Shown here piece by piece: positions 9,696-18,485 of a stretch of 64,000 nucleotides of DNA. Position 1 is the stretch's first letter. Each line of letters starts with the position of its first letter. Under the pieces are notes generated by a model that was not told the origin of the DNA, made no database searches, and saw only the letters and a list, made by a program, of their open reading frames with translations. The stretch is from Patescibacteria group bacterium (GTDB lineage: Bacteria; Patescibacteriota; Patescibacteriia; Patescibacteriales; JBAZCA01). Both the position numbers and the translations under genes were made by a program. The stretch is taken from assembly GCA_041671125.1 (NCBI GenBank), contig JBAZCA010000001.1:136120-200119 (forward strand). The letters are read 5' to 3'.

Positions 9696-10379
9696 TCATT
9701 GCGCGCCGAGCTTTTCCCGCTCCAAATACCCGATCACTTCTTCAAAATTTTCCGCCGTGAAATCCGCCTTGTCTATCACGCTTTTCCGCCCCGCATTTTC
9801 GGTAAAAACGATGAATTTATCGGCCGCGCCGGATTCTTTCATTTCGTAATCAGTCCAGCCGTCGCCGATAGCGTATATCCCGCCTTTAAGGCCGAGCGCT
9901 TTAAGCTGTTTTATTTTTCCTCCGGTCTGGGAAAGAAAATTAGACTGGTCGTAGCCGGTGATATTCCCCTCCTTGTCAAAAATAAATGTATTAGCCCGGC
10001 AATTTTCCGGCCTGAGTCCGAGTTCGCGGGCGACGGGCATAACATAATCGTTAAAGCCGCCGGAGAAAACAAAAATATTTTCGGCGCGTTCTTTTAAATA
10101 TCCGCGGTTGCGCCAAAAAGATTCGGTAATATGGCCGCGAAGTATTGTAATGAATTCATCCAGTTCTTTTTTCCCAGCTTTCAGTATTGCCATGCGGCGT
10201 TTAAGCGATTCTCCGAAGTTTAACTTCCCTTCCATGCCGAGATTGGTGATTTCCGAAAACTCTCGCATAATTTTTTCCCGCTCCGGATTATTTTTCAGGG
10301 TCAGAAAAAATAACTCATCCAGACATTCAATCTGAACCAGGGTGCTGTCAAAATCAATAATGAGATATTTGTTCGGCAT
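9696..10379 (-). CDS. serB: Phosphoserine phosphatase (HAD superfamily)
   Basis: DFDSTL (DxDxT) nucleophile motif and a GDGWTD motif. It is the last gene of a serA-serC-serB arrangement. Confidence 0.75.
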   Translation of the reverse strand: MPNKYLIIDFDSTLVQIECLDELFFLTLKNNPEREKIMREFSEITNLGMEGKLNFGESLKRRMAILKAGKKELDEFITILRGHITESFWRNRGYLKERAENIFVFSGGFNDYVMPVARELGLRPENCRANTFIFDKEGNITGYDQSNFLSQTGGKIKQLKALGLKGGIYAIGDGWTDYEMKESGAADKFIVFTENAGRKSVIDKADFTAENFEEVIGYLEREKLGAQ

Positions 10380-10402
10380 GTTATCGCGTCCTTAATTACA
10401 GC

Positions 10403-11491
10403 CTACTGCCCGGCGATTTCATCAATCGCCTGCGTTAGTATTTTAAAATCTTCCAGAGTATGGGTCGGAAAATTCGCGAGACGAAAATGGGTTTCTTTCA
10501 TGTCTTTATAGCCTTTACCCGGAAAAATCCCTTTGGCGTTCAATTGCTTATGAAATTCTTCGCCCGTTACGCCATTCGGCAGTTTAATGCATAAAACCGA
10601 AAGCGCCCGGTATTTATCCTCTTTGGCATGGACTTCCATGCCGTTATTTTTCGCCCAGCCGTAAATGTAGTCAGCCTTTTCCCGGGTTTCTTTTTCAATC
10701 CGCTCCATGCCTTTATTTTTAAACCGCCCGGCCTGTTTCGCGAGAAGATAAATCCCTAAGACGTTCGGGGTTTCAAAAGTCTGGTCTTTCGCGCCGTACT
10801 GTTCAAGGTTAGCGATTGAGTGGACAACACCGACGTCCTTTCCCTCCTCCGCCATTTTCAGGGCTTTGGCTTTAGCCCGGTCATTAACGATTAACACCCC
10901 GAGCCCGGCCGGAAGTCCAAAACCTTTTTGCACGGAAAAAAACCAGGCGTCAGCCAGCGAAAAATTAATTTTATGGGCTCCGGCGGCGGATACGATATCT
11001 ATGGCGATCAACATCTCCGGATGTTTTTTTCTGAAAGCCTCCAGCTCATCCTCAACCAAACTAACGCCGGTAGGAGTTTCAGTATAAGTTAGGGCCGCCA
11101 GTTCAAAACCGTTGCCGTTTATTTCCTCGTTGGCGTAATTAAAACCCATGCCCGATTCCACCTCTTTCACAACCGCTTCTTTGCCGATTTTTTTTAAGGT
11201 GCTGGCGAAGCGCTTGGAAAACGAGCCAAAAACATAATGGCAGCTTTTATTTAGAACAAGATTGCGGCCGGTAATTTCCATGCATTCGCTAGCCGAAGAA
11301 ACAAAGTAAATCGTATAACCGTCCGGAATTTCTAAAAACGCTTTTAAATTTTCCCTGGCCGCCTGGAAAATCGCTAAAAAATCCTTATGGCGGTGCGAAA
11401 GCGACAAAAGGTTTTTGTCCAAAGCCTCGCGAACGTCATTTTTTACGTCTTCCGAAACGGCCGACGGACCGACATTGAAATTTAAGTACAT
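10403..11491 (-). CDS. serC: Phosphoserine aminotransferase
   Basis: NFNVGPSAVS and SHRHKDF match the SerC N-terminal motifs. Class-V aminotransferase fold. Sits between serA and serB. Confidence 0.75.
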   Translation of the reverse strand: MYLNFNVGPSAVSEDVKNDVREALDKNLLSLSHRHKDFLAIFQAARENLKAFLEIPDGYTIYFVSSASECMEITGRNLVLNKSCHYVFGSFSKRFASTLKKIGKEAVVKEVESGMGFNYANEEINGNGFELAALTYTETPTGVSLVEDELEAFRKKHPEMLIAIDIVSAAGAHKINFSLADAWFFSVQKGFGLPAGLGVLIVNDRAKAKALKMAEEGKDVGVVHSIANLEQYGAKDQTFETPNVLGIYLLAKQAGRFKNKGMERIEKETREKADYIYGWAKNNGMEVHAKEDKYRALSVLCIKLPNGVTGEEFHKQLNAKGIFPGKGYKDMKETHFRLANFPTHTLEDFKILTQAIDEIAGQ

Positions 11492-11528
11492 AACGGTTTA
11501 TGCTATTAGTAAATGATTTCTATAAAGA

Positions 11529-11715
11529 GATGCGAGCATTGAAAAATTTTGGAAAAATCATGAGCGTGGAAAGCGTGTAAAATTCCACTGTTTGAGCGAA
11601 CCCGCCGAATCGGCGGGGAGCGAGTTTGGAATTTTACTAGCTTTCATAGCGAATGATCCAAAATTTTTCCTGCTCGCGATTTTTGCGCCACTTTTTCTAA
11701 AAAAGTGGCAAAAAT
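11529..11715 (+). repeat. Family B structured element (about 185 bp), copy 1
   Basis: gatgcgagcattgaaaaatttt...cccgccgaatcggcgggg...aaaatttttcctgctcgc...gccactttttctaaaaaagtggc. Nested inverted repeats plus a 3' hairpin. Lies between serC and serA. Confidence 0.8.
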
Positions 11716-11736
11716 ATTTAAATACAAAATACATTA

Positions 11737-12678
11737 TCACATATTCACACTCCCAGCTTTTCTGCCTTCGGCCATAAACCGGCAGACTTTCTCGCTCGTT
11801 GACAGCGCGATATCAACCTGAGCTTCTTCGGTTGAAGCGCCGATATGCGGGGTTAAAATTACGTTCGGAAGACCCTGTAATTCACATTCCATTTTTTCAT
11901 CGTTAGTTTTCGGCTCATTAGCGTAAACGTCAATTGCCGCTCCGGCTAAATGCCCGGATTTTAAAGCTGAGGCCAAAGCGCTCATATCAACAACGTTTCC
12001 CCGGCTTAAATTAATTAAATAACTTCCCGGTTTCATTAAAGCGATTTTTTCCGCGTTTATTAAATTCGGGGCCGAGGCATGGAGCGATACAACGTCCGCC
12101 TCTGCTAAAAGCTCTTCCAGGGTTTTCATCTTTTTCGCCCTGCCCATTGCCAACTTATCAAAAACGTCAAAAAATATAACTTTCATGCCGAGCGCTTCGG
12201 CTAAAACCGAAAGTTGGGAGCCAATATTGCCATAACCTACTATGCCCAAAGTTTTTCCCCGGACTTCATAAGAACCTTTGGCGCTTTTTTTCCAGTCTCC
12301 GGCGTGCATCTCCCGGTTCCGGTCGCCGATTTTACGGAGCAAACTAATAATAAAACCAATAGCCAGTTCGGCCACGCTTCTCGTAGAAGAAAAAGGCGCG
12401 TTAAAAACGCAGACTCCGGCCGAAGTACAGGCGGCGAGATCCACCTTATTCAAGCCGATAACATATCCGCCGATGACTTTGAGGTTTTTTGCGGCCGCGA
12501 GAACTTCCGCGTCAATTTCAGTCTTAGAGCGGATGCCGAGCACTTCCACGTCTTTGATTTTTTCTTTAAGTTCATCTTTTGGCAGAGTGCCTTTAATTAA
12601 CTCTACCTGAAAATCGCGCTCTTCATAATACTTTTTCGCGAGCTCGCTTATACCCTCTAAAAGCAATACTTTTGGCAT
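11737..12678 (-). CDS. serA: D-3-phosphoglycerate dehydrogenase (short form, no ACT domain)
   Basis: 2-hydroxyacid dehydrogenase with GIVGYGNIGSQ NAD motif. Context is with serC and serB. Confidence 0.85.
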   Translation of the reverse strand: MPKVLLLEGISELAKKYYEERDFQVELIKGTLPKDELKEKIKDVEVLGIRSKTEIDAEVLAAAKNLKVIGGYVIGLNKVDLAACTSAGVCVFNAPFSSTRSVAELAIGFIISLLRKIGDRNREMHAGDWKKSAKGSYEVRGKTLGIVGYGNIGSQLSVLAEALGMKVIFFDVFDKLAMGRAKKMKTLEELLAEADVVSLHASAPNLINAEKIALMKPGSYLINLSRGNVVDMSALASALKSGHLAGAAIDVYANEPKTNDEKMECELQGLPNVILTPHIGASTEEAQVDIALSTSEKVCRFMAEGRKAGSVNM

Positions 12679-12722
12679 AAATTTTATGTTCGCTAATTAA
12701 TAAATGTTAAGTTTAAATTACG

Positions 12723-13054
12723 TTGTCATCTCAACCTTAGCGCAACAGAGAGTCATATTTCTTCTGTCATCCTGAGCGTAGCGAAGGATCTGCGGATGCG
12801 TTTCATATATTCACTTTTTATAACGCGCCACCGATTCTTTCTCATACTCTTCAACCTCTTTTTTATTTATCCCGTAATCCTTAAATAACCCCTCGCTTAA
12901 ATCCAGTAAATTTAAAAATGACTGCGGCAAACGACAACCATCTTTATTTAAACCCTTAGATACTTATTTACGTTCGCAGATCCTTCGTCCCGAATATTCG
13001 GGACTCAGGATGACAAAATAAAAAAGGATTTCTCTCTCGCGCTTAGAATGACAG
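12723..13054. repeat. Family C palindromic repeats (tgtcatcctgagcg...ggatgaca), composite copy
   Basis: Left arm tgtcatcctgagcgtagcgaaggatctgcg (12765-12794). Right arm cgcagatccttcg...actcaggatgaca (12974-13014). About 180 bp lies between the arms, with additional half-sites at both ends. Confidence 0.75.
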
Positions 13055-13171
13055 AAAAAGAGGATAATAAAAGACAGCCAAATTTGGAAACCGGGAGCGT
13101 TTCCATTGGTCAGAGGTAGTACAATTCACTCTGCCAATACTAGTAAGGAAACACTCCCGGAACGACGAGGA

Positions 13172-13285
13172 CTAGTCGTCTGGACATTCGTCCTCGTCAT
13201 CAGGGGGATCGTCAATAATATCCCCCTCATACTCATAACGACCCTCTTCCAGAGAGTCGCCTCTGTCATCTAGCCCGTAGCCCAT
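13172..13285 (-). CDS. Candidate 37-aa highly acidic small protein
   Basis: Own translation: MGYGLDDRGDSLEEGRYEYEGDIIDDPPDDEDECPDD. Preceded by GGAGAGGAGGTG and 7 nt, then ATG. Too short for the ORF track. Confidence 0.35.
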   Translation of the reverse strand: MGYGLDDRGDSLEEGRYEYEGDIIDDPPDDEDECPDD

Positions 13286-13422
13286 AATATCACCTCCTCT
13301 CCGCCGGAGCTACACGGCAAAAAATAAAACGAACACGAAACCAGGAACTAAACCATGATTCATATTTACTTCCCGCTTTCCTATCCACTGAACCTTTTTA
13401 AAGAACAAAATTATTAAAAATG

Positions 13423-13607
13423 GATGCGAGCATTGAAAAATTTCGGGCGTATCACGAGCGTAGAAAGTGTGCAAAATTCCACTGTTTGAGGACCCGCCGA
13501 ATCGGCGGGGACGAGTTTGGAATTTTGCTAGCTTTCATAGTGAGTGATCCGAAATTTTTCAATGCTCGCGATTTTTGCGCCACTTTTTCTAAAAAAGTGG
13601 CAAAAAT
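13423..13607 (+). repeat. Family B structured element, copy 2
   Basis: Near-identical by eye to 40121-40304. The listed ORF 13420..13713 is a translation of this repeat. Confidence 0.8.
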
Positions 13608-13630
13608 TTTAACGCAACCTTATACATCTT

Positions 13631-14524
13631 TCAACCAAATAGCGTCGTACTTAAATATTTTTCCCCTCTATCCGGAAAGATCGTTACTATGTTTCCTTTA
13701 TCAATCTTTTTAGCGATTTTTAAGGCCGCGAGCAGGGCGGCGCCGGACGACATGCCGACAAAAATTCCCTCTTCGCTAATAATCCGCCGGGACATGGCAA
13801 AGGCTTCTTCGGTGTCAATCATAATAACGTCATCCAGTTTTTCGCGATTATAAATTTCTGGGATAATCGCTTCTTCCATGTTTTTTAAACCCTGAATATA
13901 ATGGCCGCGCACCGGTTCAGCCGAGACTATTTTCACCGCCGGATTTTTCTTTTTTAAATACGCTCCGATGCCCATGAGCGTTCCCGAAGTGCCAAGGGCG
14001 GCGGTAAAATAATCAACCTTGCCATTAAGGTCGCGCCAGATTTCCCGGGCGGTAGTTTCGTAATGGGCGATCTTATTATACTCATTGGAAAACTGGTTCG
14101 GGTTAAAATACTTTTCCGGATTTTCCGCTAATAGCTCCCGGACTTTCATTATAGCCCCGTCCGTGCCTTTTGTCTTCTCCGTCAAAGTAACTTTGGCGCC
14201 AAAGGCCTTAATCATTTTAATCCGTTCAGGCGAGACCGCCGCGCTCATCACTATTTCCACGCCGTAGCCGCGCGCCGCGCCGATCATGGCGAGGGCGATT
14301 CCGGTATTGCCGGACGTCGCTTCAATAATGGTTTTACCTTTGGTTAATTTTCCCTCCTTTACGCCCTGCTCCACCATTTTCAGGGCAATCCGGTCTTTTA
14401 TGCTTCCACCCGGATTAACGCCTTCAATTTTCGCGTAAATATTCACGCCCTTTTTCGTATTCAGCTTGTTGATCTTTACCATCGGCGTCCGGCCGATTGT
14501 TTCCAGTATATTATTATAAATCAT
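13631..14524 (-). CDS. cysK: Cysteine synthase (O-acetylserine sulfhydrylase)
   Basis: IGRTPMVKINKL...NPGGSIKDRIA carries the PLP-lysine motif, plus the SGNTG loop. Confidence 0.85.
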   Translation of the reverse strand: MIYNNILETIGRTPMVKINKLNTKKGVNIYAKIEGVNPGGSIKDRIALKMVEQGVKEGKLTKGKTIIEATSGNTGIALAMIGAARGYGVEIVMSAAVSPERIKMIKAFGAKVTLTEKTKGTDGAIMKVRELLAENPEKYFNPNQFSNEYNKIAHYETTAREIWRDLNGKVDYFTAALGTSGTLMGIGAYLKKKNPAVKIVSAEPVRGHYIQGLKNMEEAIIPEIYNREKLDDVIMIDTEEAFAMSRRIISEEGIFVGMSSGAALLAALKIAKKIDKGNIVTIFPDRGEKYLSTTLFG

Positions 14525-14535
14525 ATAAATAAAAT

Positions 14536-14557
14536 CCGTCCCTTTTGAGGACGGTTT
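14536..14557 (-). terminator. Attenuator terminator 11 nt upstream of cysK ATG
   Basis: Minus strand reads CCGUCCU-CAAAA-GGGACGG followed by AUUUUAUUUAU, then ATG. Its 5' half AAACCGUCCUC can instead pair with GAGGAUGGUUU (14621-14631). Confidence 0.65.
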
Positions 14558-14600
14558 CTTTTTTACAGTCTGCTATTCATGGGATTTTTGACTTTCAGGC

Positions 14601-14699
14601 TTAGACTTTTGACTCGTGGGAAACCATCCTCAAAACCGGCTTGCTACCCGAGCCGCCGCACCCGCCTGAAAGAGACATTTTGAAGATGGATATGTTCAT
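14601..14699 (-). CDS. Candidate leader peptide, Ser/Gly/Cys-rich (32 aa)
   Basis: MNISIFKMSLSGGCGGSGSKPVLRMVSHESKV, verified codon by codon. The ATG lies 6 nt after the -10 box, so it looks leaderless. Confidence 0.55.
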   Translation of the reverse strand: MNISIFKMSLSGGCGGSGSKPVLRMVSHESKV

Positions 14700-14705
14700 A
14701 GTTAT

Positions 14706-14734
14706 ATGCTAAATAATTTTCGCCCGAGTGTCAA
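14706..14734 (-). promoter_or_regulatory. Sigma70-like promoter of the cysK leader
   Basis: Minus strand reads TTGACA (14729-14734), 17 nt spacer, TAGCAT (14706-14711), 6 nt, ATG. Confidence 0.6.
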
Positions 14735-14789
14735 TAGCGCCGAGCGTGTGAGCGAGGCGTCCCGCAGCCGTCAGGCGTGCGGGGCTGTC

Positions 14790-15410
14790 TTAAATAAGTG
14801 ATCCGAGTAAATCATCAACCGTATAACTCTTATCCATCTGCTCGTAATAATCAATCGTCGTATCCGCCAGTTTTTCGTAAAGCCCGGTCCGATAAGCTAA
14901 AAGCGCCGGATAGCATCTTTTTAGAGCCGCGACCTCTTTCTCGCCGGCCAAAGGCTTATACGCTTCACCCCAGATTATCGGCTTCGGGTTGTCAAAATAC
15001 TGTTTAATTTTTTTCTCAATTACTTCTTTCGGCGTATTAAAATAAACTACTTTGGTCAGTTTTTTCATTCTTAGGAGTAGTTCGCCGGACAGGTAAATAA
15101 CGCTCCCGGTCGTGTCAATAACAATATTTTCGCTTATTCCATTTTCCGCGGCATCCAGCGCTTCTTTTAGGTTTTTAGCTTCAAGTTCCAGATATTTCCC
15201 GCTGTTTTCCGGGCATCTCTCGTCATAAGGCTGTCCGAGCCAGCGGCTCATGTCTTTAATTCCCGAATATCCGAGTTCTTCCAGTTCCGGGCCGAGCGCT
15301 TTCTCAATCATGTCGTCAATGCCAAACCTTTTAAAGCCTTTTTCTTTTTTAAGCTTCTCCGACCAGTAAGATTTCCCTACTCCGGCCATGCCGATTAAAG
15401 AGATAAACAT
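14790..15410 (-). CDS. P-loop kinase, shikimate-kinase-like fold; function uncertain
   Basis: Walker A GMAGVGKS. DTTGSVIY aligns with the STGGGVI of shikimate kinases. It lies immediately downstream of thrC, and a separate aroK exists at 28534. Confidence 0.55.
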   Translation of the reverse strand: MFISLIGMAGVGKSYWSEKLKKEKGFKRFGIDDMIEKALGPELEELGYSGIKDMSRWLGQPYDERCPENSGKYLELEAKNLKEALDAAENGISENIVIDTTGSVIYLSGELLLRMKKLTKVVYFNTPKEVIEKKIKQYFDNPKPIIWGEAYKPLAGEKEVAALKRCYPALLAYRTGLYEKLADTTIDYYEQMDKSYTVDDLLGSLI

Positions 15411-15422
15411 AATTTTATGTAA

Positions 15423-16781
15423 TTACAAATTCCCAAGCGCTTTTTTCAACTCCTCATAATTATTTTTAATACTGATTTTCCGCTTCTCTTTCTGCTTTAG
15501 CTTTTTTATTTCTTCCGAATCATCAACGTAAATCCCGGTGTTTTCCTTAATCACGTCAGCGAACTTTAAAGGCGAGGCTGTGGAAAAAACAACTTTAGTA
15601 AGTCCGTTCTCGCCTTCCTTTTCCGCTCCGGCGAACGCCACGGCCGTGTGGGGATCAAGGAGATAATTATATTTTTCATAAACTTTTTTTATGGTTTCGG
15701 CCGTTTCCTTGTCATCCACTCTTTCCGCTTTTATCACTTTGCGGAATTCATCCGGGTTATCATGGAAAACTTTTTGGATGCGGATGAAGTTGCTCGGGTT
15801 GCCGATGTCCATGGCGTTAGAAAGGGTCGCCACCGTCGCCCGCGGCTTAAACTCTCCGGTTTCGTAATATTTTTTCGCCGCGTCATTGGCGTTGGTAACC
15901 GCTAAAAACCGGCTAAAAGGAAATCCCATTTCCCGGGCAAAAACTCCGGCGCAAAGGTTGCCGTAGTTGCCGCAAGGCACGACAAATTCCACCCCCTCTT
16001 GGTCTCCCCCTTTTAAAGGGGGAGATATTTTTTGTCCCGCCCGTTTCCTCCCTCTTTCTAAGGGGGAGGTTAGGAGGGGGTAGAGTTGCGAATAAACATA
16101 AGCGTAATAAACCATCTGCGGCAATAGCCGGCCGACGCTTATGGAATTAGCGGCCGTAAGGTTTAACGCGGCTAAATCCGGGTCATTAAACGCCTGCTTG
16201 GCGAACGCCTGGCAATCGTCAAAAACGCCTTCAACTTCAATAGTCGCAACATTCGGCTCCACCCTGGTCAACTGCTCTTCCTGCAGTTTGGAAACCATGC
16301 CCTTAGGATAAAGGATTACTACTTTCACGTTCGGAACCCCGCCAAGGCCGTGCGCCACGGCGCCGCCGGTATCACCGGAAGTGGCAACGAGAATCGTCGC
16401 GGTTTTTTTCTCTTTTTCAAGGATCCGGCTCATGAACCGCGCGAGAACCCGCGCCGCCACGTCTTTAAACGCGAGCGTCGGGCCATGAAACAATTCAAGA
16501 ACATAATAATCCCCGATCTTTATTAAAGGCAGGGGAAAATTTAAAGCCTCTTCCATCATCACCCGAAGTTCTCCCTCGCTAAAATCGTCGCCTACCCATT
16601 TTAAAAGCGTTTGCGTTGCGACCTCAGTCAAATCCTTTCCTTTTAAATTTTCCAGTTCTTCTTCGGAAAATTTCGGAAAAAATTCGGGAAAATAAAGCCC
16701 GCCGTCCGGCGCGAGGCTCTTTAACATGGCTTCTTTAAAATTAACGGCCGGTGATTTACCGTTTAAGCTAAAAAATTTCAT
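15423..16781 (-). CDS. thrC: Threonine synthase (long type) carrying an in-frame family D repeat insertion
   Basis: The N-terminus GGLYFPEFFP, HGPTLAFKD (PLP lysine) and SGDTGGA are ThrC motifs. The segment LLTSPLERGRKRAGQKISPPLKGGDQEG is encoded by the repeat at 15989-16084. Confidence 0.9.
   Translation of the reverse strand: MKFFSLNGKSPAVNFKEAMLKSLAPDGGLYFPEFFPKFSEEELENLKGKDLTEVATQTLLKWVGDDFSEGELRVMMEEALNFPLPLIKIGDYYVLELFHGPTLAFKDVAARVLARFMSRILEKEKKTATILVATSGDTGGAVAHGLGGVPNVKVVILYPKGMVSKLQEEQLTRVEPNVATIEVEGVFDDCQAFAKQAFNDPDLAALNLTAANSISVGRLLPQMVYYAYVYSQLYPLLTSPLERGRKRAGQKISPPLKGGDQEGVEFVVPCGNYGNLCAGVFAREMGFPFSRFLAVTNANDAAKKYYETGEFKPRATVATLSNAMDIGNPSNFIRIQKVFHDNPDEFRKVIKAERVDDKETAETIKKVYEKYNYLLDPHTAVAFAGAEKEGENGLTKVVFSTASPLKFADVIKENTGIYVDDSEEIKKLKQKEKRKISIKNNYEELKKALGNL
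15989..16084. repeat. Family D palindromic element inside the thrC coding sequence
   Basis: ccaccccctcttggtctcccccttttaaaggggga...tcctccctctttctaagggggaggttaggagggggtag. The reading frame is maintained. Confidence 0.8.
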
Positions 16782-16822
16782 TATTTTTAAGATGCGGTTT
16801 TAGACTGTAGAATAATCATTTT

Positions 16823-16923
16823 TGTCATCTCGACGACCGAAGGGAGGAGAGATCTAATTGCTATGAATGCTTTTTCACGGAGATTAGATTTCTCGCCCTC
16901 CTTGCGTCGGGCTCGAAATGACA
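16823..16923. repeat. Family C palindromic repeat
   Basis: tgtcatctcgacgaccgaagggaggagagatctaa...ttagatttctcgccctccttgcgtcgggctcgaaatgaca. Confidence 0.75.
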
Positions 16924-16974
16924 AAAGAGGGGTTTTTGTTGCGTTCTTCTATAGTCTAAATTTAGATAAAAAAA

Positions 16975-17391
16975 TTAACAGCTTCTTTCATCCTTCTTCA
17001 GCTTGTAATTAAAACTCTCAACAAGCGCTATCCAGCTCGCTTCTATAATATTCAATGACACGCCGATAGTCCCCCAGCGATCTTTGCCGTCGCTTGATTC
17101 AATAAAGACCCGGACTTTGGCCGCGGTCCCGTCTTTGGACGGCAGTACCCGGACTTTGTAATCAGTGAGCTTCATTTTTTTCAGCCGCGGATAGACTTTT
17201 TCAAGGGATTTCCTAAGCGCGTTGTTTAGAGCGTCAACCGGCCCGACGCCAGACGCCGTATTCCGCTCTTTATTAGCGCCAACTTTAATCCCGACTTCAG
17301 CTTCGGCCGCCGGCTCCCCCCAGTCCCTTTCTTTCTGGACTATTACCCGATAGTCCATAAGTTCAAAGAATTTTTTCTCTTTGTGAGGCAT
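16975..17391 (-). CDS. Stand-alone LeuA-type allosteric (LeuA_dimer-like) domain protein
   Basis: SGVGPVDALNNALRKSL...AAKVRVFIESSDGKDRWGTIGVSLNIIEASWIALVESF. It shares the GVGPxDA motif and following strands with the LeuA C-terminus (52332..) and the C-terminus of the 46074..47936 product. Confidence 0.65.
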   Translation of the reverse strand: MPHKEKKFFELMDYRVIVQKERDWGEPAAEAEVGIKVGANKERNTASGVGPVDALNNALRKSLEKVYPRLKKMKLTDYKVRVLPSKDGTAAKVRVFIESSDGKDRWGTIGVSLNIIEASWIALVESFNYKLKKDERSC

Positions 17392-17605
17392 ATTGTTTAG
17401 AGTTATTGAGACGGTGGCAAAACTAATTTTACAACCATCTCAATTATCCCCTTATAATATCAATCTAGCACATACTCCTAAAAATTCAATCCTCAGCTAC
17501 TTATAAATGATTTTTTCGGCATGCTTCGTCATAAAAACGGGATTCATGGAATGAAGCCTGATTTTTGGGAGAGGAGAAAAGACATTTTCTTCCGTCTTTC
17601 CTCCC

Positions 17606-17785
17606 CTAACGAAGCCCCAAATCTCTTTTGCATAGCTTACAAAACGGGGGCCTCATCTGCGGGATCAGGTCGTGGCAATCTTTAAAGATTACCACCTTAA
17701 CCTCTCTCCCGCAGCCTTTTTTCCTGCAAGTAAAAACAGCTGTTTCTCTCTCCCTTGCAGGTTGGAGAGATTTTTTTTGATCCAT
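17606..17785 (-). CDS. Small zinc-ribbon-like protein (59 aa)
   Basis: MDQKKSLQ...FTCRKKGCGREV...PPFCKLCKRD has CxxxC...CxxC. Preceded by CCGGAAAGGAGG and 6 nt, then ATG. Confidence 0.4.
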   Translation of the reverse strand: MDQKKSLQPARERETAVFTCRKKGCGREVKVVIFKDCHDLIPQMRPPFCKLCKRDLGLR

Positions 17786-17926
17786 CAGGAGCCTCCTTTC
17801 CGGCGTCTCATTAACGCCAATTTTTTTATTCCTCCTCAACCCTTAACTCATTTTCCGGTCAGTTTCCGGATAAGGTAAAAGTTGAGGAGAAGAGCGAAGT
17901 CCTCCGTGTTTCGCTCTTCTCTTTTT

Positions 17927-18130
17927 TCACATTCCGCGCGGGATTGGTCCCGGTTGGGATACGATTTGATGACGTTCCTGCTCGAGGCAATACATCGAGC
18001 AGGCCATCTGTCCCAGTAAAGGGGCGAGGTCAAATATCTTAATTCCTCGCCCCTTCACCGGGAACAGTCCCCGGCATACTCTGCAGGGGCAGACAATAAT
18101 CCTGCCCCTGAAAAGTTCAAAACCCTTCAT
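17927..18130 (-). CDS. Small Cys-rich protein (67 aa)
   Basis: MKGFELFRGRIIVCPCRVCRG...ACSMYCLEQ. Preceded by CCAAGGAGGG and 4 nt, then ATG. A hairpin follows at 17885-17925. Confidence 0.4.
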   Translation of the reverse strand: MKGFELFRGRIIVCPCRVCRGLFPVKGRGIKIFDLAPLLGQMACSMYCLEQERHQIVSQPGPIPRGM

Positions 18131-18361
18131 AGTCCCTCCTTGGCGGCGCAAGAACTGCCGCCTCTTTAAAATGAAAAACAATAAATCGCCTCTACAACTC
18201 CAGCCTCTAACAAAAACATCCACGTTATAAATATCAGCGTTCTTTCCGCGTATTTATCCGCGTCAAATCCACATTATAAATAAAGGCCAAAGTAATATCT
18301 GCGATTGTTTTAAAAGAACGGCTATACTTAAATTTTTATGTTTCAGCTAATCAAAAGCATT

Positions 18362-18481
18362 TGTCATTCCCGCGGAGGCGGGAATCCAGGGTAAAAAGGA
18401 ACATCCGGCTAATTACCTTAATATTGTAATCAGCGGTATTACGTTTAACTCCTGGATTCCGGCTCGGAGGCCGGAATGACA
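18362..18481. repeat. Family C palindromic repeat (cattcc/ggaatg variant)
   Basis: tgtcattcccgcggaggcgggaatccaggg...cctggattccggctcggaggccggaatgaca. Confidence 0.75.
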
Positions 18482-18485
18482 TAAA

